64,000 nt of DNA from a virus (lineage: Duplodnaviria; Caudoviricetes): the IMG/VR virus record IMGVR_UViG_3300025016_000004; one strand, 5' to 3'. The translations under genes and the position numbers were made by a program. How positions within the stretch are numbered: position 1 is the first letter of the stretch; every line of letters starts with the position of its first letter. This document shows, one piece after another, positions 11,186 to 21,087 of this stretch. The notes below the pieces were generated by a model that made no database searches, was not told the origin of the DNA, and saw nothing but the letters and a program-made list of their open reading frames with translations.

Positions 11186-12017
11186 TAAGTTTAAAATAAG
11201 ATTAGTTGATTTCGAAAATACTGATAAATTAAAAATTCCGTTATCATTAGATTTCAATTCAGTAGACCAAGCTGAAATAGTTAACAGAGATTTTATTTCG
11301 GTTGAAACTGAAAAGGCTATAAATCCAATTGTTGACTATGAGAGGGTTAGGTTTACACCTAAATTAAATAACGGTAATCTAGTTCAAGATTTAATATTTA
11401 AATTAAATTTTCTATTAGATGATTCATACCTATCTCCAACTTATTATGGTAATATTGGATTTACTGATGATGACATACAATTTAGAAAAAATAGATTTTT
11501 AAATTCATTTTTAAAGTTAAGTTTTTATGATTCAGATATTCCAACCAATCAAAATTTAGTATCATATATTACCATTTATTCTAAAATTACATCGCTTGAT
11601 ATAATAGAATTCACAGATGAATTTGGTAATGTGCGAGTTGGTTCAGGATTACCTGTAAATGCAAATGAATTTTTAGTTAGATTTATATTAAATAACCCAG
11701 TAACAAAACCCGAAGGTTTCGCTGAAGGATTTTATATTTATCACTATAAAAGTGATGTTAATTCTACCACACCAACAGCTTTATATATGAGGGCTGAATT
11801 TAATAATGCGTCAACAGGTAAAAGCACTAAATTTATTACAACAAATGAATTATTAGATATTAATTCAGTAATTAAAAAATTACATGTAAGGTATTTATTA
11901 ACAAGGAACGCTACTGGTTATTATTACACGATAGATAATTCTTATAATAATGCGTCAAATATCAATGAAACAACCACTGGCCTTAATGTAGACTTATACG
12001 AAATAAGAGTTGAATAA
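11175..12017 (+). CDS. Putative structural protein
   Basis: 280-aa ORF overlapping both neighbours in the structural operon. Confidence 0.55.
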   Translation: MSVNKFKIRLVDFENTDKLKIPLSLDFNSVDQAEIVNRDFISVETEKAINPIVDYERVRFTPKLNNGNLVQDLIFKLNFLLDDSYLSPTYYGNIGFTDDDIQFRKNRFLNSFLKLSFYDSDIPTNQNLVSYITIYSKITSLDIIEFTDEFGNVRVGSGLPVNANEFLVRFILNNPVTKPEGFAEGFYIYHYKSDVNSTTPTALYMRAEFNNASTGKSTKFITTNELLDINSVIKKLHVRYLLTRNATGYYYTIDNSYNNASNINETTTGLNVDLYEIRVE

Positions 12018-12709
12018 TGGAAATAATTAAAAGAAAAATATTATTTAGTGAATTGCAAGATAAGATTTATCTTAAAATTCCATTATATCAAAATATTGAT
12101 AATATGGGGTTAAGAACTGATATGCCTTATGGTAGTAATGTAATCACTGAATCAGTTAGTAATTATTTTAAACAAGGTGGTATTATTATTAGTGCTTCAG
12201 ATTCTAAATTATCTCAATTAAAATCTTATGATGAAACTGAACAATATAAAATTGATTTTAATATTAAAAGAGAAAATTATGTAAATTATCAAGGTAACCC
12301 GATTATAGGTGTTGATAGAGTGACAAATATTGATGGTGAAACCATTACATATGTTTTTGATACAGTTAGAGATTCTTTTATTGGTACCACAGGACAAACA
12401 ACAGGGATTTTATATCAAGATAACCCAATTAATGGAGTGGATATCCCAGAAGAATTAGATGGTGATATAACAAAAACACGAGTACAATATCAAAGCGAAG
12501 GTTGGAATGAAACCAACACTTCAATAGAGGCTCAAATTCAAGAAGAATATTTATTAGGCATTATTAGTGCACCAGAAGTTGAAAGTGATGTATTTATAGA
12601 TAGAAGCACATTTAGTGTGTTGGATAAACATTTAAGATTATCTGAAGTAGAAAGTCTAGACCATTTATCTAGATACGGTAACGGATTTTATAATATTAAT
12701 AGAGATTAA
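12017..12709 (+). CDS. Putative structural protein
   Basis: 230-aa ORF with TAATG coupling; C-terminal PEVESDVFIDRS..HLRLSEVESLDHLSRYGNGFYNI. Confidence 0.55.
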   Translation: MEIIKRKILFSELQDKIYLKIPLYQNIDNMGLRTDMPYGSNVITESVSNYFKQGGIIISASDSKLSQLKSYDETEQYKIDFNIKRENYVNYQGNPIIGVDRVTNIDGETITYVFDTVRDSFIGTTGQTTGILYQDNPINGVDIPEELDGDITKTRVQYQSEGWNETNTSIEAQIQEEYLLGIISAPEVESDVFIDRSTFSVLDKHLRLSEVESLDHLSRYGNGFYNINRD

Positions 12710-12712
12710 AAA

Positions 12713-13670
12713 ATGGTAAATCAATATACAATGAAAAAATATAATAATAATGAAATAAATGAAATTATTTTATTATATGATGGTGGTATGTCATTCACAA
12801 TGATTGGTAAAAAATTAAATAGGCAAAAAAACACAATAAAAAAAATATTAATTGAAAATGGTGTTTGGGTTGATGGTAGAGACATTAATTTAAAGAAGTT
12901 TAATAGTATCGAGATAGAAAAAGTGATTTCTTTATATAACCAAGGGTTATCGGCAACTAAAATAAGTAAAATCTATGATATTAGTAGACCAAAAATAGTT
13001 AGGTTGTTAAAAGATAATGGGATTAACGTTAAGAGTTTTAGTGATGGTAAAAAAATAAATTTATGTGAAGATAAAAAACGTGACATAAAGGATTTATATT
13101 TAAATGAAGGTAAAAATACTTACGAAATAGCAGAAATGGTGCAATTAACTCAAGGTTTTATTTCTAAACACATATTTGATAATGGTTACATAAGAAATAA
13201 AAGCCAAGCAATTTCTATAGCACGAAAAGGTAAGAAAGCTTCTGTAGAAGCTAAGAGAAATATGAAAATAGCACAAATGAAATTAGCTAGAAGTGGAAAA
13301 AGAAAACAAACGGGTGGTTATTGTAAATTTCACAAAGTTCACGGTTTAAGATACCAAGGTACTTATGAAAAAAAAATATATAGAATACCTTAAAAATAAA
13401 AATAATAAGTTACCTAATAACACAAATTCGATAAATACTCCACATGGGGTTTATTATCCAGATTTTGAATATGATGATAAATTTATAGAAATAAAATCTT
13501 CATATACTTATGATGTGTTGTTAGGTAAAATACCGAGTAGGTTTAATGGTAAATATGATTTTAAGCAAATCAAAAAAATTAAATGGGTTAATGAAAATGT
13601 TAAACCAGTTGATGTTATTATAGTTAGTCGAAATGGTAATAAATTAATTAAAAAAGATATAAAAAAATGA
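12713..13670 (+). pseudogene. HTH-repeat / PD-(D/E)XK homing endonuclease, frameshifted at an A9 run (ORFs 12713-13393 and 13365-13670)
   Basis: Removing one A from 13368-13376 joins QGTYEKK to YIEYLK..YYPDFEYDDKFIEIKSSY. Confidence 0.7.
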
Positions 13671-14581
13671 GCGGAAATTACGGGACAGTTAGACCAGCCG
13701 ATGTATCATTAGATGATATTGAAGTTTTCTTGCATTACACCCCATCTAGAAATCAAATAGGTGACACTACATTAACGAAATTAAACACGAATGATGTTTT
13801 ATCACAAATGAATAACCCAAATAATACAGGTTCTGTAGAAATTTTTGGTGGAATGTATACATTAACTTTATCTAAAACAGTTTTTAGTGAAAAGGGTATA
13901 TATACCATCTCAATCAAGCCAATTGAGATTAGAACTACTATTTTAGATTGTGGTGTATTAGCCGCTAAGTCAGATGTTAAAGGGTTGATATTTGATACGG
14001 CATCAGCTAATTTAAGTGGTCAGTTCTCATCAAGATTTAGAAATAACGGTTTAGTTGGGTATAGAGTGGAATATTTAAGCAATGATAACGCTGATGGTGA
14101 TGTTAAAGTTAGGAATTTCTTTAGAATAATCACATCAAATAACAGGGTGGATGTAGTTAACCAAAATTTAACCAATACAAATCAAAAAGCTGTGAGATAT
14201 AATTTTAATGATAATTCTACTTTAGTTTTTTGTACAGTAACCCCAAGTTCAAGTTCTAGTGTAAAACCTAATGTATTGCCATTTATAGGTGAGCCTAATC
14301 AAGATGTAATTATAACTAATACTTTTTTTAACCCAATTCAAATTGAGATTGAAATGGTTGAGCATGATATAGAAACAATAGCATATGGTATATATGGACC
14401 ACAAAGCAAGTCAATGGAAGATGGTGTTTTCACGAATTATACATTTGATAAACAAATTTATAAACAATATAATTTATTTGAAATTAAAGACCAATTTACT
14501 GGTGAGCCTTTATTTGAAATAAGAGAACCTAAAACAAATATTGATTTTAGCAAAGATTTTGATAATATCAGTAATGTGTAA
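13667..14581 (+). CDS. Putative structural protein
   Basis: 304-aa ORF (GNYGTVRPADVS..) overlapping the upstream stop, in the structural operon. Confidence 0.6.
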   Translation: MSGNYGTVRPADVSLDDIEVFLHYTPSRNQIGDTTLTKLNTNDVLSQMNNPNNTGSVEIFGGMYTLTLSKTVFSEKGIYTISIKPIEIRTTILDCGVLAAKSDVKGLIFDTASANLSGQFSSRFRNNGLVGYRVEYLSNDNADGDVKVRNFFRIITSNNRVDVVNQNLTNTNQKAVRYNFNDNSTLVFCTVTPSSSSSVKPNVLPFIGEPNQDVIITNTFFNPIQIEIEMVEHDIETIAYGIYGPQSKSMEDGVFTNYTFDKQIYKQYNLFEIKDQFTGEPLFEIREPKTNIDFSKDFDNISNV

Positions 14582-14624
14582 TTATAAATTAACTGAATAA
14601 AATAGTAATGTTAAATGAAATTAT

Positions 14625-17558
14625 ATGAGTCGTATTAAAGTAGTAGGTTATGCTAAAAAAGAAGTTTTTGGCAATGGAATAGAGTATAGAAATTTCTCAC
14701 CAGATTTAGTTGGAAATCAATTTGGTGCAGCTGAAGGTACCCCTATTTTTACTTCTGGAAGTTTTAATATATCAACAAATATTGATAGTAAGGTTGATAA
14801 AAACTTTGTTACTAATAATTTCACTAATTTTTTATCTTTAGAAACATTAAATTTAGACTCAACACTAGAAAGTGTTATTACTAAATACTCTAAAAACGCA
14901 AAACTTAATTTAGATTATAATGACGCTTTAACATTTGCGTTTTTTGGGTCATTAAGAGAATATATTAGAGTTTCTTTAGAAAATATAATAATAAAATGGC
15001 CAGCATCGTTATACATTAGAGAAGTTGATGAAACTGACCCTTCATTAACAGGTAACACTGTAACTGATTATATATATAACCCATCATCAAATTCAAGTAC
15101 GTTTAATATTGATACAGCTAGAATAGAAAATAAATTCAGTATAAATTTTCTAAGTGGTGGTACAATCGAAAATACATTTAATGAGAGTAATACGTTAAGA
15201 AATTTAGTTTTAAATTATAGTAGTTATGTAATTTCAACGTCAGGTGGAACATACCCGATAATAAGTTTATCTGGAGCTTCAGCTTTAACAAACTCAATTA
15301 TTTCAGTGGCAGTAAATGGGAATCCATTCCCTGATTCTGGAACTACCATAATAAATTACCATATAAAACCTAACGACACTAGAATTGAAGAATTTTTCTT
15401 CAATATAAATGAGTTTGAGAATAATTTACTAAACCGTTTAACGATTCCATTATACACTAGTAGTTTTAAAGTTTACAATGAAAGTCAAACTGGTGATATT
15501 ATTGAAACTATTAAAAAATTAACATGGCCAATATCAGATGGGTATAATATTGATTTTAATTCGATATCGTATGTTAATTTTGTAAATCAATTATTAAATA
15601 TAGCGGACATCAACGATAATTCAAAATCTAATTTAATGGTTAGATTCTTGGTATCTACATCTATTTCAGAATTCGATAGTATTGCTGATATTAATGGCAC
15701 ATACCCAGATTCAAATGGCCAAAAAATGACCAGTACTCTTAAAATTTATGGTAGAGAATTTGATGAGATTAAAAAATATTCGGATGGTATTAGATTTGCT
15801 AATACGGTTACTTATGATAAGAAAAATAACACACCTGATGCAGTGCTTAAAAACCTCGCAAGAATATTAGGTTGGGAATTAACTTCTTCTATATCACAAG
15901 TTGACGTGTTAGGTAATTTTTTATCATTAAATAATAGTTATTATGATGGTCATTCTAGAGGTTATAGCGATGCTGAATCTGAAATTGAATTATGGAGAAG
16001 AGTTGTTCTAAATACACCTTGGCTTTGGAAATCTAAAGGTACTAGGAAGGCGATTGAATTCTTATTTAAATTCATAGGTGCTCCAGATGGTTTAGTGGCC
16101 TTTAATGAGTACCTATACGTTGCTGATAAACCAGTAAATGTTGAGTTGGTAACTGAAATGATGAACCATTTCAATAATACCACTGATATTTCAACAATAC
16201 ACATCGATTCTGAAGGGTATCCAAAAGTATTTCCTGATACACCAGACATGTATTTCCAAAAAGCTGGTTTATGGTATAGACAAACAGGTGGCCCTGCGCC
16301 AGATATAGATATTTTAGCTGGAAATAACCCACATATCGGGCCTTATGATGGTGGCCAAGCATATATAGACCAATTTAGAGGTTGTTTAGTACCTAATTAT
16401 AGTGCTACTACCGCTGAAGAAGTAAATATTGATGCTGAAATCAATTTATTTACTAATTATGCAAATGGAACATTCGATGAATGCTGTGATGCTGATGTTT
16501 TAGTGGTACTTGACACTGACCATGATTTTGATTCAATATTAACAACAAACTTAAATCAAATATATGATAATAATCCAGTTAATGAAACTGGGTGTACTAT
16601 AACAAATATTTGGACCTTAACAGCGTCATTAACTGGTGAAACATTCCATACTTATATATTCCCTGTGACTGGTTCTACTGCAATAACGCAAGGTGAATAT
16701 GTTACTGGATTGTTTTCTATAGCTGAATCACCTTTAAGTGCATCAACATTAAGTGGTGCTACATATACTAGTGGTGATACAACATTTACAATTACAGGTC
16801 CAAACGGTTGTGATAGTGAATTATTAAACACCTATTTTAAAATCCAATTATGTCTTGATTCAACTTATGATTGTATTGATTTAACCCCATTAAGTGCTTT
16901 AACGGCATTTAATGTTAGTTTGCAAACAGATGACGCATGTAATCCAGTGGCTGCTTTACCTTTAATAAGGACTTATTATCATAATGGTAGCGGTATATTA
17001 CCAACATTTGGTGATACAGTATATTCAGATATAAATGGAATAAACACTGTAAGTCATTCAGCTGCAACTCAAGTTTATATGGGTGGTAATTATACTAGCG
17101 TAGCTAATTGGTTACAAACAAACACTAGTGGTGTCAGAGAAGTAATAATTTGCCCAGTAATTACTTGTGATGTAGACGTTAAGATACTTACTAATATAAA
17201 TACTGGGGTTAAATCATTCACTATTGATGGCCTTACCGCCACAACTTACGCTACAATTACGTTTAATTTAAGTAATGTGGTTAAAAGTCCAGAAACAAAG
17301 TTAAGAATAGCAATATCTAATTCATCTTACATTTTTACTTTAAATCCAACAAATACGGTGCATACATTAACTAATATTCCATTAACCCCTAATTCAGAGT
17401 ATAATGGCGTTTACGATTTCTTTATAACACCAGTAATAACAGCAACTGGAGCTGCAAGTGGTAAGGTAACCATGCATTTAGATTCATTGAATTCAGGTTC
17501 TCAATGTGTTGGTGTTACATCTAAATCAATAGATTTAAGTATTAATAATTTACAATAA
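14625..17558 (+). CDS. Large baseplate/tail protein
   Basis: 977 aa. LWRRVVLNTPWLWKSKGTRKAIEFLFKFIG resembles tail/baseplate P2-I-like KGT motifs; Thr/Ser-rich C-terminus. Confidence 0.65.
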   Translation: MSRIKVVGYAKKEVFGNGIEYRNFSPDLVGNQFGAAEGTPIFTSGSFNISTNIDSKVDKNFVTNNFTNFLSLETLNLDSTLESVITKYSKNAKLNLDYNDALTFAFFGSLREYIRVSLENIIIKWPASLYIREVDETDPSLTGNTVTDYIYNPSSNSSTFNIDTARIENKFSINFLSGGTIENTFNESNTLRNLVLNYSSYVISTSGGTYPIISLSGASALTNSIISVAVNGNPFPDSGTTIINYHIKPNDTRIEEFFFNINEFENNLLNRLTIPLYTSSFKVYNESQTGDIIETIKKLTWPISDGYNIDFNSISYVNFVNQLLNIADINDNSKSNLMVRFLVSTSISEFDSIADINGTYPDSNGQKMTSTLKIYGREFDEIKKYSDGIRFANTVTYDKKNNTPDAVLKNLARILGWELTSSISQVDVLGNFLSLNNSYYDGHSRGYSDAESEIELWRRVVLNTPWLWKSKGTRKAIEFLFKFIGAPDGLVAFNEYLYVADKPVNVELVTEMMNHFNNTTDISTIHIDSEGYPKVFPDTPDMYFQKAGLWYRQTGGPAPDIDILAGNNPHIGPYDGGQAYIDQFRGCLVPNYSATTAEEVNIDAEINLFTNYANGTFDECCDADVLVVLDTDHDFDSILTTNLNQIYDNNPVNETGCTITNIWTLTASLTGETFHTYIFPVTGSTAITQGEYVTGLFSIAESPLSASTLSGATYTSGDTTFTITGPNGCDSELLNTYFKIQLCLDSTYDCIDLTPLSALTAFNVSLQTDDACNPVAALPLIRTYYHNGSGILPTFGDTVYSDINGINTVSHSAATQVYMGGNYTSVANWLQTNTSGVREVIICPVITCDVDVKILTNINTGVKSFTIDGLTATTYATITFNLSNVVKSPETKLRIAISNSSYIFTLNPTNTVHTLTNIPLTPNSEYNGVYDFFITPVITATGAASGKVTMHLDSLNSGSQCVGVTSKSIDLSINNLQ

Positions 17559-18649
17559 TGAGTATAACAGGGAGAACAAATACATGTCAAATTTTAACTA
17601 ACACACCATTTGTGTTATCAGGGTTATCACAAACCAATCTATCAACTATTAATATAACTGATGTAAATGGTTTAGATGTTTCTCAATGCTTTGGTATTAC
17701 ATCAAAAATAGTTACTGTATCAGGCACTAATGTTATTTTAAGCGGTGATTGTAATACTAGTTTAGAAATTAATATAACAGAAGGTGTTACGAATCCAGTT
17801 GAATGTTTGTATACTGCTGTTACACAACAACAAAATGGTATACTTTTATTTAATTTTGTTGATGGGACAATTTCAGATAATATTCACCCAGAATGTTGTA
17901 CAGCGTTAGAAGGTTTCCCTGAAATAGGACCTAAAAATTATTATATTTGTAGAACAGTACCAGAAATATGTATTGAATGCTGTTCAGCTTACACACCAAC
18001 AAATACATTTGAGGGTCTATACCAAATATTTGATTTTGTAACTGGTGGTACCGTAACTACAGTTCCTAGTGCGCAATGTTGTTATGATTATGGATTTGTT
18101 GAAAGTATCGTAGGTGACCAAATTAAATGTATTGAATATGTGACGCCTGACCCATGTGAAGGATTAATAATTGTTGAGCCAGTACCACAGTATGGTGACA
18201 TTACTTTCGTAAATCCATCAACTAACGTTCAAACTACTTTGGTACCAACAGCTGAATGTTGTACTTCATTAGGTTATAGTTATGCTATTAGTGGAACTAA
18301 ATTTACATGTTTCAATTCAATAGCTTCACCACCAACGGTAATTATAACAAACGACTCATGTTGTTTACAGACTCAAATAACTTATTATTATGCTTTCGCT
18401 AGAGAATGCACCGATAGTGCTAGAGTAAGTGATGGTGTATTAGGTGATGTGGTAGTTAGAACTACAACAAATATAACAAATTGGAGTCATATTTTAATTC
18501 CTAGATATTTTGGAGATACAGGAGCTGTTTTTGAATTTTATGCGGGATTAACAACTAAAGATAATTATGATAATAATGCTGGGGATTACCCATCTATTGA
18601 TTTGGATACAATAACAGGCGTTGAAGAAAGAACCTCATGTTCTAATTAA
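17558..18649 (+). CDS. Cys-rich repeat virion-associated protein
   Basis: 363 aa, about 21 Cys, five xCC motifs. Confidence 0.55.
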   Translation: MSITGRTNTCQILTNTPFVLSGLSQTNLSTINITDVNGLDVSQCFGITSKIVTVSGTNVILSGDCNTSLEINITEGVTNPVECLYTAVTQQQNGILLFNFVDGTISDNIHPECCTALEGFPEIGPKNYYICRTVPEICIECCSAYTPTNTFEGLYQIFDFVTGGTVTTVPSAQCCYDYGFVESIVGDQIKCIEYVTPDPCEGLIIVEPVPQYGDITFVNPSTNVQTTLVPTAECCTSLGYSYAISGTKFTCFNSIASPPTVIITNDSCCLQTQITYYYAFARECTDSARVSDGVLGDVVVRTTTNITNWSHILIPRYFGDTGAVFEFYAGLTTKDNYDNNAGDYPSIDLDTITGVEERTSCSN

Positions 18650-18662
18650 ATAATATAAAAAT

Positions 18663-19298
18663 ATGTGTGTAATAAATATATCATTAAACCCAACTACACC
18701 AGCTGGTACAACGATAACTAACAGAAATGGTAGGTATAGGAAAGTTGGTACGACAACATGGACTAATTTTACCATATCATCAAACTCTTATACACTTAAT
18801 GTAAATGATTTAGGTCAATATGAATTACAAGTTAATGTAACTAACAGTCTAGGTGTTGTTAGCTCTTGGGCTTCAAGCACATTTTCGGTAACAACTGATT
18901 GTGGTGCAACAACTACTACTGCCACTACGGTCACTAATTCTGGTATTTTTAATAATGGAACAACACTTACACATAGTCATGTTTTACCATCAGCAGACCC
19001 AGCTTCTACAATAAAAACTGGTACTTTAACGGTAACAGGTAGTAAAACATATAAAATTACTGTCAAAAATAATTTTAATTATAATAATCTAGGTACAGGT
19101 AGTTTAAAATTAGAAAGAAATGGTGGCACTATTTTAGGTACAATAACAGTATCTACAGATGGTACTTCTAATACAAAAACATCAGTTAGTAGTTTAGTGG
19201 TGCCAGCTGGAACTTATACTTATACATTAACTTCTTGGTTAGATATCATACCATCAGCCACATCTGGTGCAGTAACAGTTAATATTATAGAAGCATAA
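18663..19298 (+). CDS. Thr-rich beta-sandwich (FN3/Ig-like) virion protein
   Basis: YRKVGTTTWTNF..YELQVNVTNSLG pattern. Confidence 0.5.
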   Translation: MCVINISLNPTTPAGTTITNRNGRYRKVGTTTWTNFTISSNSYTLNVNDLGQYELQVNVTNSLGVVSSWASSTFSVTTDCGATTTTATTVTNSGIFNNGTTLTHSHVLPSADPASTIKTGTLTVTGSKTYKITVKNNFNYNNLGTGSLKLERNGGTILGTITVSTDGTSNTKTSVSSLVVPAGTYTYTLTSWLDIIPSATSGAVTVNIIEA

Positions 19299-19330
19299 AA
19301 AGAAATATAGATATTTATTAAAAAAGCATA

Positions 19331-21001
19331 ATGGAAGTAACAAACTGTACAGATATTAACGGAGTCGCATTAAATGAAGTTCAATTTAATGTAGATGGTA
19401 CTGTTGTTGGGATAATTGATAACAATGGGGTTCCAGCAACAAGTAAACTTAGTTATGATTGCTGTATAGCTCAAGGATATACATTTGACCCAAATGATGC
19501 AAAATGTTATTGGGCACCTAGTTGTTTGAGTGGTGGTACATTTAATATAGTATTAGACCCAGAAGGTAATACAGGTGCGTTATTCCAAGTTGATGATATT
19601 GAACAAACATTATGTCATTTAGAAATTAGTTTTAAGTTTTTATTGAAAATTGATTGCGAAAGTATACCAGTAGATGGTTTACGAGACCTATTAGAAACAC
19701 TTAAATTAACGGTTAATCTTGATAAAGTTATTTATAATGAAGCTTTACCTATACCTAATAATTTGCAAAATGTATCATCACAAGATTTATTCAATATAAC
19801 AGATATTTTCAATTTTTTAAGCGGAAACACAAACACAGGTATATTATTAAATGGTAATTGTGATTATGTAATTACAAATTTTTTAAATTCATTATCACCA
19901 AATCAAAGCGTTGTAAATGAATTCTCACTTAATTCAGATTGGTTAGAATTTAAGATGGTGGTTGATAATCCACCTATATTACAATCAATTTTTAATGAAA
20001 GACTTAAGGTTTCAATAACAGGTAATCAATTAAAGAATTTTTCCATATTACTTGATGATGTGCAATTAAATAGAGTATGTGATGTACCAACACCACCTAA
20101 AGCATTTAATGAAGCATGCCCTCAATTTGAATTAAAACGAATTATTGATAATAAAAAATCTTGGGTTAAAAATACTGAATTAGAATTAAGGCAATTTGAT
20201 TTAGAAAGAAGAATAACTACCTACAATATAAACCATGAAAACCTATCAATCAACACAAAGGAAGTTGATTTAGCAATTAACCCAGCACAAGCAATTGAAA
20301 ATGATGTGGTTAATACAGTGGTTAATAACGATTGTATATTAGGGCCGCTTACTGGAGTTACTGGTGCAACAAGTCATGAATATATTGATTTAAGACCTTT
20401 AATTACAACTGAAGTTATTAATAATGACGATTTAATTTCGATGCTAATTGACGTTAAAAATAGGAAAACTATTAATGGTTATCCAACATTAGATTTAGTT
20501 TATTATAGATACCTAAATGCTGATGTACGTTGTAGTGGTTCTACCAGCAATACACTAAATTCAGATTCAATAAATCAATTCATTGAGTTAATTGGTACAT
20601 ATTGGTTAGATTTATTAGAACAAATAGTTCCAGCAACAACAATTTGGGGTTCATCATTAACCAATAGTGATTCTGGTGTATTTAATGGTGGTGGAAGTGG
20701 AACCAATAAATTTGTTTATAGAAAAGGCACAACATTATTTTGTAATGCAATAAATTATTCAGTACCTAGCCCAGTTTCAGGTGGAACAGTTTATTATGAT
20801 GTAGTGACAGAAGATATAACAGATACTACAACTATCACTACAACTACTTGTAATTTAATAGCCGTTAGACAGTTGAATTATGGTTCAGAATTTATAGGCA
20901 CCGTTAATATAATAGGCGATGGTGAAGGTCCTGTTACAGGTGATACAATTTCAATAACTGAAACAATTGAAGATTCTTGTAATTTATACGAAACTTGTTA
21001 G
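19331..21001 (+). CDS. Putative structural protein
   Basis: 556-aa ORF preceded by a TATTTAT motif; YWLDLLEQIVPATTIW. Confidence 0.55.
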   Translation: MEVTNCTDINGVALNEVQFNVDGTVVGIIDNNGVPATSKLSYDCCIAQGYTFDPNDAKCYWAPSCLSGGTFNIVLDPEGNTGALFQVDDIEQTLCHLEISFKFLLKIDCESIPVDGLRDLLETLKLTVNLDKVIYNEALPIPNNLQNVSSQDLFNITDIFNFLSGNTNTGILLNGNCDYVITNFLNSLSPNQSVVNEFSLNSDWLEFKMVVDNPPILQSIFNERLKVSITGNQLKNFSILLDDVQLNRVCDVPTPPKAFNEACPQFELKRIIDNKKSWVKNTELELRQFDLERRITTYNINHENLSINTKEVDLAINPAQAIENDVVNTVVNNDCILGPLTGVTGATSHEYIDLRPLITTEVINNDDLISMLIDVKNRKTINGYPTLDLVYYRYLNADVRCSGSTSNTLNSDSINQFIELIGTYWLDLLEQIVPATTIWGSSLTNSDSGVFNGGGSGTNKFVYRKGTTLFCNAINYSVPSPVSGGTVYYDVVTEDITDTTTITTTTCNLIAVRQLNYGSEFIGTVNIIGDGEGPVTGDTISITETIEDSCNLYETC

Positions 21002-21066
21002 AGTTTAAAGCTAAGTAATTTCAAACCTTTCTTATCAATTTTCAAGTATTTTAATCTAAATTTTTA

Positions 21067-21074
21067 TATTTATA
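21067..21074 (+). promoter_or_regulatory. Putative late promoter motif TATTTATA (representative copy)
   Basis: TATTTAT(A) also at 914, 3015, 4893, 19312, 26102, 28025, 28571, 30347, 43074, 47715, 50886, 52864, 54907 and 63883, each shortly upstream of a start codon. Confidence 0.6.
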
Positions 21075-21087
21075 TAAAAAGTAACTG

